A stretch of 64,000 bases of DNA. Origin: Folioceros fuciformis. Taxonomy: Eukaryota. The position numbers and the translations under genes are program-made. The notes below the pieces were generated by a model that was not told the DNA's origin, searched no databases, and saw only the letters and a list, made by a program, of their open reading frames with translations. Positions 46,340 through 58,445 of the stretch are shown here, in pieces. The stretch lies in contig JBNGIO010006281.1 of assembly GCA_049999805.1 (NCBI GenBank), forward strand, positions 108,687 to 172,686. Direction: 5' to 3'. How positions within the stretch are numbered: the stretch's first letter is position 1; every line of letters starts with the position of its first letter.

Positions 46340-48030
46340 CCCTCACCACTACTTGCTTGATCATTCCTTATATCTCTAGGGAAGGGGTTCACGTTGTTCT
46401 TCAACTTGAGAAACTCCTCCTATTGCTTCCGTGCTCGACAGGCAAATTGTTTACATCTTCTTGCAGCTTCAGAATATAGACGACTTGTTGATCATCATAC
46501 AATATGTTGCTATAGACTTCCTTGCATCGAGGATCGTTTGCCCAGTCTGCGTCTAACTAAGATGTTAACTTGAGTTTGCTTGTGGGGTCACCTTTGTATG
46601 CGAGTCCTAGAGATTTGGTCCCCTTCAAGTAATGAAGCACTTCCTTGATGCAAGTCCAATGAGCAAGTCCAATGAGCTCATCCAGGATTTTACAGGTATC
46701 TAGAGGCAATGTTCACAACTTGAGCTATGTCGTGTCTTGTCCATATTGAAAGATAAAAAAGGCTGTCGACTGCTTCATTATAAGGTACTTGCTGCATCTT
46801 CTTAACTTCTTTAGGTGATGTTGGGCAATCTTTTGCAGAAACTTTCTCTCTTGTGGCGATAGGAGTGGACACACGTTTTGCGTCCTTCAAATTAGATCTC
46901 TCTAAGAGTTGATCCACATAGTGCTCCTGATGTATGAAGTATGAGTGATCTGCAAGGTTATGCTCAAACTGCACACCTAGGGCAAAACGGAGGGGTCCCA
47001 TGTCCACTTCTTCGTATTCTTTCAAAAGCTAGTGCTTTGCATGCTGAATGGAGAATATATCATTACCGAAAATGAAGTTGTTATCGACATACAAGATGAC
47101 GATGATGAACATAGTTTTATTCTTGAGAATGTACATACTTGTACCTGAGGTGAGTGAAGTGAAACCACGCCTCTTGAGACTAAGGTCGACCGTCTCATTC
47201 TAGACTTGTGCTAATTGTTTTAAACCATACAGGGAGCTTGCACACCTTCCTGGGATCTTTCACGAATCCTGGTGGTTGCGACATGTATATGTCTTCATGA
47301 AGAGTGTCGTAGAGGAATGTTGTCTTGACGTCAATTTGATGTATCTGCTGGCGATGTTGTGTTGCGAATGCTAATAGAATTCTTATGGAGGTTGATTTTA
47401 CCACTGGGCTGAAAAGCTGATTCTCCTCATAGTCGAAGCTGGGCACCTAGGTGAAGCCTCGGGCAACTAGTCGGGCCTTGAACCATGCTATGCTTCCATC
47501 AGGGTTGAGTTTCTTTCTGAATGTCCACTTGCATGAGATCGGCTTCCTCCCAGCGGGTTGGTGAGCCAGCTTCCATGTCTTGTTGGATATGAGTGAGTCA
47601 TACTCAGAATGGACAGCTATTGTCCATTCTGGAGTGTCGAGGGCTTCATCTATTCATAGGGGAACGCCTTGCATCTCCATAGCTGATAGTGCCAGGTGGA
47701 GGGCATGCTCAAGCTAATCTATATGAGGTTGAGCATTGGCAGGTACCTTTGGAGGAGCTGGTGCTTGGCGAGCAAAAGACTCTTGTGGGACATGAGGTGG
47801 GTGTCCCTACTCATGGCTCGGTGGCCAGGGACGTGTGAAGCGCCTCAATGTAGGGGGTGCCTCATGAATTGCTGCAGGTACCTCTAGAGGAGGTGGTGTT
47901 GGGTTTACTTCATGAGGGATGATGTCTAGAGGTTCTGGATAGAGTACTTGAGGAGGAATGAGCTGCACTGGTTGTTGAGGAGGTACTGGCTGTTGAGGAA
48001 CAAGTGCTGGTTATTGCTAAATTTCATCTG
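46340..48030 (-). mobile_element. Second Copia-family fragment (RT and part of RNase H), degenerate
   Basis: Minus strand: CKWTFRKK...FKARLVARGFT, FSPVVKSTSIRILLA...HQIDVKTTFL, DMGPLRFALG, VPYNEAV. Confidence 0.88.
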
Positions 48031-48059
48031 GAACTTGGAAAAAATCTGATACTTGGTTG

Positions 48060-49050
48060 TCAATGTCTTGCATGAAGAATCCGATTGTGAGTCATGGCAA
48101 TCACTTATTGATTATCACATAGCACATTGGTTGGTTTTGACAGATCCTTGTTGATATCTAGTAGGAATTGCGTGATTTACAATATTTCCTTTGATACTAG
48201 TGATGTGGCAGCATACTCCGCTTCCGTGCTCGACAGGCAAATTGTTTGCATCGTCTTACAACTCTAGAATACGGATGACTAGTTGATCATCATGCAATAT
48301 GCTGCTGTGGACTTCCTTGCATCGGGATCTCCTGCCCAATTTGCGTCCAAGTAAGATGTTAACTTGAGTTTGCTTGTGGGGTCACCTTTATATGCGAGTC
48401 CTAGAGACTTGGTCCCCTTTAAGTAACAAAGCACTCGCTTCACGCAAGTCCAATGGGCTCGTCCGGGATTTTACAAGTACTTGGAGACAATGTTCACAGC
48501 TTTAGCTATGTCATCTCTACACTTTCTGCATATTGCTGATCTTTGAGGCGTCACGTTGCTTGCTGGTGCGAAAGTCGCCAGAGTGCGTTGCCGAGGCATC
48601 GTGCAGTCCTTACGATCATTGACTCCCATTGAGGTTGGTTCGTCCGAGCTCCATCTCGCGAGATTAATGCAGACCACTCGTGCGGAGCCAAGGCACTGCT
48701 GAAGAACGGGGAAGGGTGTCGCTCTGATACCATAAAGCGGAGCGCAACGCAAAGGAAACAAGTGCTTTGTTGGTGAACAAGATGAGCTTAAGTACGCAGT
48801 TAAGTGCCCTAAACCCTAAACCCGTGTAGTTGCAAGTGTGTGAATTGTTTTGCTACATATCTATTTGCTACTATTAACTACCTAGGGTATGAGCCCAATC
48901 TAATCAAACACTGAGCCGTGCTCTAACTGATCCATGAGTGCCCAGCGCCACTCTGCTCCAACATCTATATCCTACTTGCCTAGTGATATTCCTACTATAG
49001 AGGGTAAGGGAACTACTCACTAGCCTTTTTTCCTATATCCTACTTACCTA
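48060..49050 (-). mobile_element. Internally deleted LTR-element remnant: probable LTR, PBS and a Copia RNase H fragment
   Basis: Perfect minus-strand PBS TGGTATCAGAGCG at 48720-48732. 48219-48510 is a diverged direct copy of the RT/RNase H segment 46424-46720. Right boundary uncertain. Confidence 0.7.
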
Positions 49051-49633
49051 GTCGGAGCCTATTCTAGATGTTGAGTGTCCTCATCCGTTTTTCTTTTCCT
49101 TTGTAGTTCTTTTCACCTTCAACTTACTTACCTTCTTTTGAATCTTTTTTTTGTGGTCGGAGTCTTCTCTCTCATACTCTCAACAGTAGCTCGATGAGCC
49201 AACATAATGTCAAGTCAATTTTTAAAGTGCCTAAACACCATATGTGAATGCCATACTAATTCCTATTAAGTTCTTATGTTTGCATTCAGTATGCATACAA
49301 ACCTAGCCTTAAAGGGACTTAGTATGTGTGTTTAGTAAACTTGGTAGCCATGACTAATGTGCAACCATGGTGATTGCCCAAGCTACAAACATTTTGCTTA
49401 CTTATAGCACGCAATAGTTTGCCCTCCACCGTGAGTGCGCAAGGCGCACATGTCTTGACTAAAGATCAGCTTGGCACTATGTTGAGCTTTTTACACCTTT
49501 CAAGCACGACGATGAGGCTAATCAGCTTTTGCTCTGGCTGACCACTTCGTAGTCATTGGAAACAAAGGACAAACAGAGGAGGAGAACATAGAGTTAGAGG
49601 ATGGAACTCAATCCCTTTCTCTAAGAAATTATT

Positions 49634-49838
49634 CAGGTTGTTGAGTCCATAACAATCCCAAAAGTGGAAGAACGTTAATATATGTGCTATCATTCTTAAT
49701 GCCTTTTAGCCTTGGCTTAGTGAAGAAACTAGATGCAGGTTGTTGAGTCCATAACAATCCCAAAAGTGGGAGAACGTTAATATATGTGCTATCATTCTTA
49801 ATGCATTTTAGCCTTGGCCTAGTGAAGAAACTAGATGC
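49634..49838 (+). repeat. 102-bp near-perfect tandem duplication
   Basis: CAGGTTGTTGAGTCCATAAC...GAAGAAACTAGATG occurs twice with few mismatches. Confidence 0.93.
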
Positions 49839-50467
49839 TTATATATAGTGTTGCTCAACTGTTATACTGCTTTGCCTCATTTTATATCTTATGGAATACA
49901 TATAAACCCATAAAGTATAAAATCTTTCAATTCGCTTACAGAAAATCGTACGCGAACCAAGAAAACTATGAAGATATGCTACGTCCTCGAAGGTCAAGCC
50001 CCAGACGGAGCTCTGCTCCTTCTGCTTTTTTGTTTGGTCTTTTGATGATGCTGGATCGAAGGTAAATGTTGGGAAAAGCCTATGTCAGAAGGGCTTGATG
50101 GTGCGCACTTCAACGCCATTGCTCACTTCAACTCCATTCCCTTCCCAACGCCAGCCCTAACCCTAAACGCCATGAAATGTTCATCTCTGCAAAAATGTTT
50201 TATGACAAGTGAGGATGGAGTTCACGTGAGAACGATCCTTCTGGCCGATATCGTCCAACGACTGTTTAGGAGAGTTTGCAGCGGTAAAACCCTTGAACAC
50301 AGCCCTTGAAAAAGTACCGACACAAAAGTTGTATCCCATACTCGTGACGGATTCATACTTCGCCAGAAAATGGACGTAGAGCAGCTGCATGTGATCTCCC
50401 TTGTGATGAGTAGGTGCGTGATACCGGGCTTGTGAAGACCAGCTGCACTAGATCGGGCTCCCTCGCG

Positions 50468-52414
50468 ATGGCGGGGCCGGCGGTGAAGGAGTGGACCAGG
50501 CTGCAGCAGTTCCCCGTCGCTACTCAGACGGCGCTGGATGGTCTGCTCGCCAAGCTACGGCAACAGGTGCGGGGAGAACGATGAATGCCTGAAAATCTGT
50601 CCTTCATGTCCTCAAGTGTCCATAGAAAGATTCATGTATCCTGCATTGTCACGGCGGGTAGCTGCTGTGCGCAGTTTGTGAATTTGAGCACGGGAGAATG
50701 GGACTTTTGCAGGATGTGGATGCTCTCACTATTCTCGTACTGGGAAAGGGCGGAGTTGGCAAGAGCTCGACTGTTAACTCCATGATCGGGGAGAGAGTTA
50801 CCGTGGCCAGTGCGTTTCAGGTGAGGCCCTTGTGCCTGCGACGCTGGTTGGTAAATGGAATGGGCAGGGATTGGCGGAAGTTCCTGACACGTGACCTTCT
50901 CTGCGTATGCTTGCTGTGATAATCCAGGCAGAGACTCTGAGGCCGATTATGTGTTCTCGGTCAAGGGCAGGATTCACCTTGAACATCATTGATACTCCTG
51001 GTCTGGTTGAAGGTGGTTGCGTGAATGATCAAGCCATGGATGTCATTAGGAAGTACGACTTTCTTCACCACTCGTGACAGGTCCAGGTGTGAGGGACTTT
51101 TGGGTGTACCCTAGCCATGCATACTTATGGTCTCAGGCTGTCTAGTATCCCTAGCTGTGGGCATCTGGTAACCTCCAATCTAGGGTCTTCAAGGGCACAT
51201 TCTGAGAGGACCAGCACTAGTTATAGTATCAAAGGAGTCAATTGTTTTTCAGGCGGTTGTATCTACCGAAAAGACCTTAACTCTTAGACATTTTTTTCCT
51301 AGTTACTCCTGTGTGTGAGTATGCCATGGGTTTGCTTTGTCTAGTATTTCCTACGCTGTTACATGTATCTTGCCCTTTGAATGCAGGTTTCTCGTGGACA
51401 AGACCATCGATGTGCTGCTTTTTGTTGATCGGCTTGATGGATACCGGGTCGATAGCCTGGACAGACAAGTGATAAGGGCCATTGCCCGCGCGTTCGGGCC
51501 TCAGATTTGGCGATTGGCTGCGATAGTTCTTACCCATGCCCAATTTTCTCCTCCAGATGGAGTGAGCTACAAAGAGTATGTGACAAAGAGGTCTTCTGCT
51601 TTGGAGGCAGCCATCCGGCAAGAGGCTGGGTTCAAGAAGCATGAGCCTGAGGTGAGATTTTTTGAGCTTGCAACCTTATGCTTGACCATCGGTCTGTTAG
51701 AGGGGTGTGTGTGTGGGTTGCAGAGTGTGGTGTGCCCCTTATGTTTCCTGATCTGTTGTCAGGTACCCACAGTTTTAGTGGAGAACAGTAATCGATGTTC
51801 AACGAATGCAGAGGGAGAGAAGGTACGACTTTTCCTTGTATTGTACTTGTATCCTGTAGTGTGATGTGGGCGAATGTCTAAAGTTGGAACGTTGTAACTA
51901 ATGATACAGGTCCTTCCAGATGATACGGTCTGGCTTCCTCGGCTTGTGGAGCAAATCGTGGACATTGTGTCCAACGATACACCATCCTTGCTTATAAACA
52001 AGAAGCTGATAGAGGGCCCCAACGCAAATCAAAGGGGAAAGATTTGGATCCCTCTAATTCTTGCTGCCCAGGTAATTTTGTGCAGCAGCAGTAGTTGGTT
52101 TCATCTGCTGTTGAACTGAAAGTTTTCTAGTTGCTTGGCAATAAGTGGAGCTCATGTGTCGATCGTGATGTTTGCAGTTTTTCTTTATTTTAAACCCTAT
52201 TCGTAAAGCTATCCAGAAAGACAGAGAAAATGAGAGGCGATTTAGGCCTGTCTGGGAGGTGCGCGCGGAACAGCATATGCGCAGCTCGCTTCTGGAAGAG
52301 GAGCAGGCTGGGGAGCAAGCTCTTTCGGATGCACTCAAGCAGGATGATGATCTTGACCTTGCCGACCAGCTAGAAGACGATGACGACGACGTTGACTTTG
52401 GTGACGAGGACTGA
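50468..52414 (+). CDS. TOC34: Translocase of chloroplast 34 GTPase, copy B (7 exons)
   Basis: Same exon structure and motifs as copy A; frame intact by manual splicing; introns alignable to copy A. Confidence 0.95.
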
Positions 52415-52867
52415 AAGGAAATGTCGCCCGTTCACGAAGCGCTGTAGCAACTGCTTGCTGAGCAGTGACGTAATTTTGCAGGGAAGGAAAGCTTGGGCAC
52501 TGTTGAGTGTCGGGGGGCAGTAGCGACGATGTAAGTTAGTTTCTTCTTTGTGTCGCGGGGTATAATTCTTCGTCGCGGACTGTCCTTGACTTCAGATTGG
52601 AGTAGAACACTTTTTGAGGACCACCGATTGTGTTATATTGTGTAGCCCCAGTCCAGGTGTACAAACGTTTCCGGCAACAGTCTGTGTTTAGGCAGCCAAG
52701 TCAATCTTTCCCAGTTCAACTGGAAGTCATGTTTGCCGCAGCCTAAACCCTAAACGAGTTTCAGATCATGTCAGTTTTATCCAAAAAGCGGCTCCATTCC
52801 GAAAGTCTGGAGGCCGGTCAAGCGGGCCTTGGTTCCACTGACACACTCCCACACCAAACGAGGGTAC

Positions 52868-53693
52868 TTTTTTTTTGTCAATTGACTTTTAGTATTGGAA
52901 GGAAAATATTTTAACTTTATCATAATAAAAAAGAGTAAAACTTTTATCAATAAAAGAAGAAAAGGAAATGGATCTATCCTCAATAGAAAGGGGGACAAAA
53001 GAGGTATTTTTTAAAATCGAAAAAGAGATAGAAAGTCCCATCTACTCCAAAGATTGGAGGAACAACCTTACGGCCAAAGGTAAAAAGAGGTACTCTCCCT
53101 TGCAAATATCATTTTCAAAAATTACCTACTGCTTCCAAAATCTCATGATGTGGAATAACAAAAGGCCTACCTACCATCAGTGCTCAAGAAGCCGCTTGAC
53201 CTGCGCTTGTTGCTGTTCTAAAAACTGCATTGGCCAATGCTCGTTGCAAAGCAAAAGATACACGTTGTCGAAAGAAGGCCAATGAAGGACAATTAATGAA
53301 GGGCACTGAATCTAGTCCACTAGTTCCATGATCACTTTTGATTGCAAATATGAAAGCACCTAACATTGTTGGAGCTTAAAACATTTTCTTCTTGGTGCTC
53401 ATTGATGTCCTATACTCCACATTAGCTAACGCTTTATGCAGAGTGATGAATATCTTTTGCCTCAAGAAAGCAACTATATAAGAACGGGGAAGATTAGACT
53501 CTCTTGTTGCTGTTATAGGCTTTGGCATTTGCCTTGACTAATTTTTTCGCTAAGAATATGCCTTAACTAATTCCTTCGATGGCTAGGGGGATGCCTTCAA
53601 TGGCTAGGGGGATGAATGTATGGTTGTCTTGTATAGGAAAGTATTTTTGCACCTTGACCATTACTCAATCTTTTGCTGCCCATCTTGGAGGGT
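52868..53693 (-). mobile_element. 5'-truncated copy of the same CRE-like non-LTR family
   Basis: 53020-53280 matches 1660-1925 (FFRQRVSFALQRALANAVFRTATSAGQ); 53600-53693 matches 2030-2125; T-run at ~52868-52876 is a possible poly(A) tail. Confidence 0.8.
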
Positions 53694-54268
53694 GCAATGC
53701 GCCCAGACATCATTGGCTTGGTCTGTCATATGTGATGGCCTGGCATGTCAGATGTTTCTCCTGTTTCTTCTCCAAAAACCGGAGATGGAGAAGAAATAGG
53801 AGAAACATCTAAAAGGCCAGGCCTCAGGAGCGCGACACCTGAGTCGCGCATTCCTCGGTAAACAAGGACTCGCTCCCGCGCAGCCAAGGCGCTCAGGACG
53901 GAGCGCTCTCGCCGGGCTGCAAATCAAGCACGCCTCCATGCCCGAAGGGTGCGTGCTGAAGAGGAGGCTCGGGGGTGCGCCATCTTCGTGCGAGTCGGGT
54001 GCCTATTTTTTGGTGGCCGATAAAGATGGGTGTGCCCTATGTGGAGGTCCGGCCGACCTAATGGCCACACCTACCCATGGCTGTCCACCAATCGGTGGAC
54101 AGGGGCGATATTTTCTATCCACAAATGCTAAGTTGTTTCAGTGTATCAAGATCTCCGCAGGTTGGCAATCCATTGATGACCAAGTTAGAGCCATCGTGGA
54201 TATGTACAAAATTCTTTCTGCCTACGTTCACGACAATCAATTTCATGCCCTTTCGCAACTTGAAAGGC

Positions 54269-54500
54269 AGTGTGTCAGTGGAACCAAGGCCCACTTGACC
54301 GGCCTCCAGACTTTTCAAATGGAGTCGGTTTTTTGGATCAAAACTGACATGAGCTGAAACTCGCGGCAAACGTTACTGGGAACGGTCTGCATTTAGGCAA
54401 CCAAGTTAATCTTTCCCAGTTCAACTGGACTGGGGCTACACAATATAACATACTCGGTGGTCCTCAAAAAGTGTTCTAAACTAAACCCTAAACCCTAAAC
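54269..54500 (-). repeat. Inverted duplicate of 52603-52847, capped by telomeric repeats
   Basis: Reverse-complement matches visible, followed by CTAAACCCTAAACCCTAAAC at 54481-54500. Confidence 0.88.
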
Positions 54501-55365
54501 CGTGCACAAGTGCACTCCATAAAATAGATAGTATATAATTTAAGTGCAAATGGGTTAAAAAATCTAAAACAATAGTAAAAAAATTCAAAAAAAATCCCTT
54601 GTTTTAGTCACCGGCGCACAGTTGGGCACGCTATGGCTTGACGGTTTTATAGGTTTTTTTCCCATTTTTATTATTTATTATTTATTTGTTATGTATAAAA
54701 AGTTCATTTTGATCGTTTTTAACCCTTTCTTGCATAGGGTTGTAGTGAGACTTTACTAGTACTCATCTTTCTTTTGATGATCTAAACCTTGAGTAAGTAG
54801 TGATGATTTTAAGCATGTTTTGCATCTTTGGATGTTTAAAGGCCTTTTACAATAAACGCTATTTGAAAAAATTCTTCAACAAGGCCTTGCCAGCAAACGA
54901 ACCTGAAGAGCTAAATCCGATAGCAACCTAACCAGAGACAACCCTACATTATTGTCTCTAGGACTGAAATGCCAGAATCTACATGATTTGAAGGATAAGA
55001 GTTTTTGCTAGATAGGTTGCATGCCTGTAAGTAGGAGGGTGCACACTTGTGTGTGTCTTGGTATGGTAGTTTGTTAGTGAAACAGATGATTTGGAAATCA
55101 TGTTTGAAGTGGACCTTATATCGATGTCAAGTACAAATGTGTAAATTTATTTGCATAGTAATAGCCATTGGCCTTCTTAAACCCTCGACCTACAGTAGAG
55201 TAGAGAGCATTTTTGGAGCGTGGTGTGATGCCATATGACTAGAGCAAAAGGCAAAAGAAGGATTTGAGGACATACCCGACTTATTTGAGATAATGTTAAT
55301 GGTAAGTAAGAGTTATACTAACTTCAAATGGGCATTTCTTTTGCTTGGTCACATTGGACATGTTG

Positions 55366-55495
55366 GATTGATGTGAGTAAACGTGGTTTGATTGATATAA
55401 GTGCAAGTGGTTCAATTGATGTAAGTGAACGTGGTTTTATTAATGTAAGTAAAAGTGGTTTGATTGACTTAAGTGAATGTGGTCCTATTGATGTA
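55366..55495 (+). repeat. 24-bp minisatellite x~5
   Basis: Variants of GATTGATGTAAGTGAACGTGGTTT in tandem. Confidence 0.88.
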
Positions 55496-55507
55496 CTCCA
55501 ACGATGG

Positions 55508-56045
55508 TACTACATGTTGGAGTAAATAGGTAAAGAGTTTTTTCCAAACAAAGTGCAAGGATGTGAATGACTATGGAACTATATGTTGAAGTAAATGGGT
55601 AATTAAAAGAAGTTTTTCCAAGAAAAATGCAAGCTTGCATTTTACATGGTCATGAAGTTGCATGATCATTGACATCCTTAAGTAACAACTTTACTTAATT
55701 CCGATTAGTATGTGAATGCATATGGCTGTAGCACGATGGGCATGCACTATATGTTGGATAGGTGGGGATTAAGCTAGTGGAGAAAAGTGAAAGCATGTGA
55801 ATGACAAACCATGAAACTACATGTTGGAGTAAATAGGTAAAGAAGTTTTTCCGAGCAAAGTGCAAGGATGTGAATGACCATGGAACTATATGTTGAAGTA
55901 AATGGGTAATTAAAAGAGGTTTCTTCAAGAAAAGTGCAAGGGTGTGAATGACCATGGAACTACATGTTAGAGTAAATGTATAAAGAGGTTTCTTGAAGAA
56001 AAGTGTACGGATGTGAATGACTCCTTATAGAACTACATGTTGCAC
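55508..56045 (+). repeat. ~70-bp satellite-like units (two blocks, alternating A/B variants)
   Basis: ACTACATGTTGGAGTAAATAGGTAAAG...AAAGTGCAAGGATGTGAATGACCATGGA recurs at ~55508, 55578, 55816, 55885, 55959 and partially at 56032. Confidence 0.85.
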
Positions 56046-57077
56046 TTAATGAGTAAAGAGGTTGCTTTGGCTACTATTAGACGCACACACTTAGTTTATG
56101 ACAAGTGAGAGCTTGTTGCATAGGGAATGTAAAGGAGATGGGTCTCCTATTTGTTGAGAATTATTAGGTGTAACTTGGAGCATTGTAGGAATTCAAGAAG
56201 CTATGGTGAATCTCCTTCCAAACATCTTTCTTCACTTTGAAGTAAATCATATGGGAGCAATCAACATTTCTCAACTTGAAGCTAGCACTATGCTTTTGGT
56301 TATCATACTAATGGTGCTATAAATTAAATGAAGTAGTAAAACTATCTCATTCTCTGACTCAAACTAAAAGTATTACATGCTAAGCTGCCCTTTTAAGAAT
56401 CTCGATATGATACTATTCGGAAGACTTTCAAGGAGCCATATGCATAGATCAACTTAACCATTGTCATATACAAGCATAACTATCTATAATCTTAATTATA
56501 AAAATATAAATAATTATTTTTAATGAGTTATTATTTTTTGATACCTACTTAATGCATTGCTCTATGGTTCATTGTTTCTAGAACTAGGTTAGTATAGTTA
56601 GATTAAAAAGTTGGCTTCTATAACCAATTGCATGTACATAGTACCATACAAAGTGTAGTTGACAATCAAAAAAAAATATAGAGCCATGAATACTGACCAG
56701 CTCGCTTAAGGTTACAAAGGCTTGTGGGAGCCAATTAAGCTAAAGTTCTTTCCATGATATCTACTTCTCATCAAATGGTAAGTGAGTTCATGGCCTCAAC
56801 AAAGGGATTCATTATCTAAACTTAGTTTTGCAAAAATACATAGTGTTCTGATGAGTTGATAATATTGGTGTGCTTTCAATTTTTTATTTTTGCTTTTGAC
56901 AAATTTGCTTGACAATACATCTGCATCCACAAGAATGTTAAGGACTAGATATTTTATGAAGTGAAATTCCATAGGAGTGTGTTTGATTAGCCATGCACTT
57001 TAGAGTGTTCAAGCAAAGGAGAACAAACACTTAGCCTTTTGTGAGCTAAAGGACAATTATTTAGTATTTTGTCAGCA

Positions 57078-58445
57078 ATGGGGTTAAAACATCTACCACC
57101 ACCATTTCCTGCATCAAGACGTACTCCATCTTTAGACTCATCGCCATCCTTCCATAGTTGTTCATCAACTATTTCACCTAGCAATACCCCAGGACCTTCC
57201 ATATCAGGATCCACCCGATACATGAACTTTCCACAGTATTATATTAATAGCCCAACACGAAGTTCTGTATTCTCATCTCATGAATACGATGATTGCAAAG
57301 TGCCAGTTTCTGATAAAATCACACCTTGCTCGACTGCACCCTCATCTCCAGTTGCAGGGAGAACAAGCCTTTCTAGAGGATCATCCCCTCACAATGTTGC
57401 AGGTGAACCTTCATTGATGTGCTTGGTAACAATTATGAATTCCAGAATAGCTTAGACTTGCCTTGATTGTTGTTCAACTAATGTTCTAGTGTCTTTTGTT
57501 CAGGCTATCCTCATAAGACAAGTGGGAAAGTTCAAGGTGCTCGTCCAAATGGGCCTCGTGTTTCAAGAAGCTTTCGACCAAGCTATAAATGGGAAACTTT
57601 GCATGAAAACTCTACATTGGAAGTTAAATCAATCAGAACAGAGGATGAACATGAAGGTCAAGGGGAGCTTTCAAAAGCACTAGTATACTGGTCTTGGATT
57701 ATTGGCTCTTCAATTATCTCCCTCACTATTTTTACATGCATCATTTTATGGATAGTTTGTAGACCTCATGCTCCTCGACTCTCCTTAAAAGTAAGCACAT
57801 CTCCACTTACATAAGATTAGCTAAAATGCTTGTTTAGCTTAAGAATGAATAGATCCTTTTAGTAAACTTACTTACTGTTGTTCAGGAGTTTGAAATAAGT
57901 AAGCTTGAGGAGCGTCAATCTTTTGATGAAGGAGGAGTTCCCACAACACTTGTAAACTTAGATGCAAAGGCTATTTTCAATATTTACAATCCTTCAAAGT
58001 ATTTTGAAATATATTTTGGTATTAGTCCAGTTATTCTTTCATATTCAAAAGTACCCATAGGCAATGGACAGGTACACATCAATTTTAGTCTTAAAATAAG
58101 AAATAATACATGTGTAAAATATGTATTCATGAAGTCAACATCTCTTTCATGTGATCTTTTTGACAGATTTATGCTTACAAAGAAAGCAAACAAAATGGAA
58201 GAAATATCAAGCTATCTATTGGAAGTGAAAATACTCCCATATATGGAGCTGCACCTGGGTTTGATTATCTTAGAGCTAATAATTCATACATTCCTTTATA
58301 TCTCTCTACTTCTTTAAATAGCCATGCTGACATTATTTGGCATTTGATGAAAGCTCACTTTAACAATAAGTATGATTGTGAGATTATGGTTCACGCTCAC
58401 AATTTAAAATTCTTAAGAAGCTCATGCACTATAAGAAATAATTAA
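57078..58445 (+). CDS. LEA_2 (NHL/At1g45688-like) single-pass membrane protein; exons ~57078-57402, 57504-57790, 57886-58071, 58167-58445
   Basis: Ser/Pro-rich N-terminus with YYINSP..SHE; TM WIIGSSIISLTIFTCIILWIVCRP; D-GGVPT, YNPSKYF, PIYGA and terminal C...C. GT-AG introns keep the frame. Confidence 0.85.

Noticed and set aside
53938-54369. ORFs of 139 aa (+) and 84 aa (-), the latter faintly LRR-like
   Set aside because: No convincing motif series, and they partly run through the inverted duplicate.
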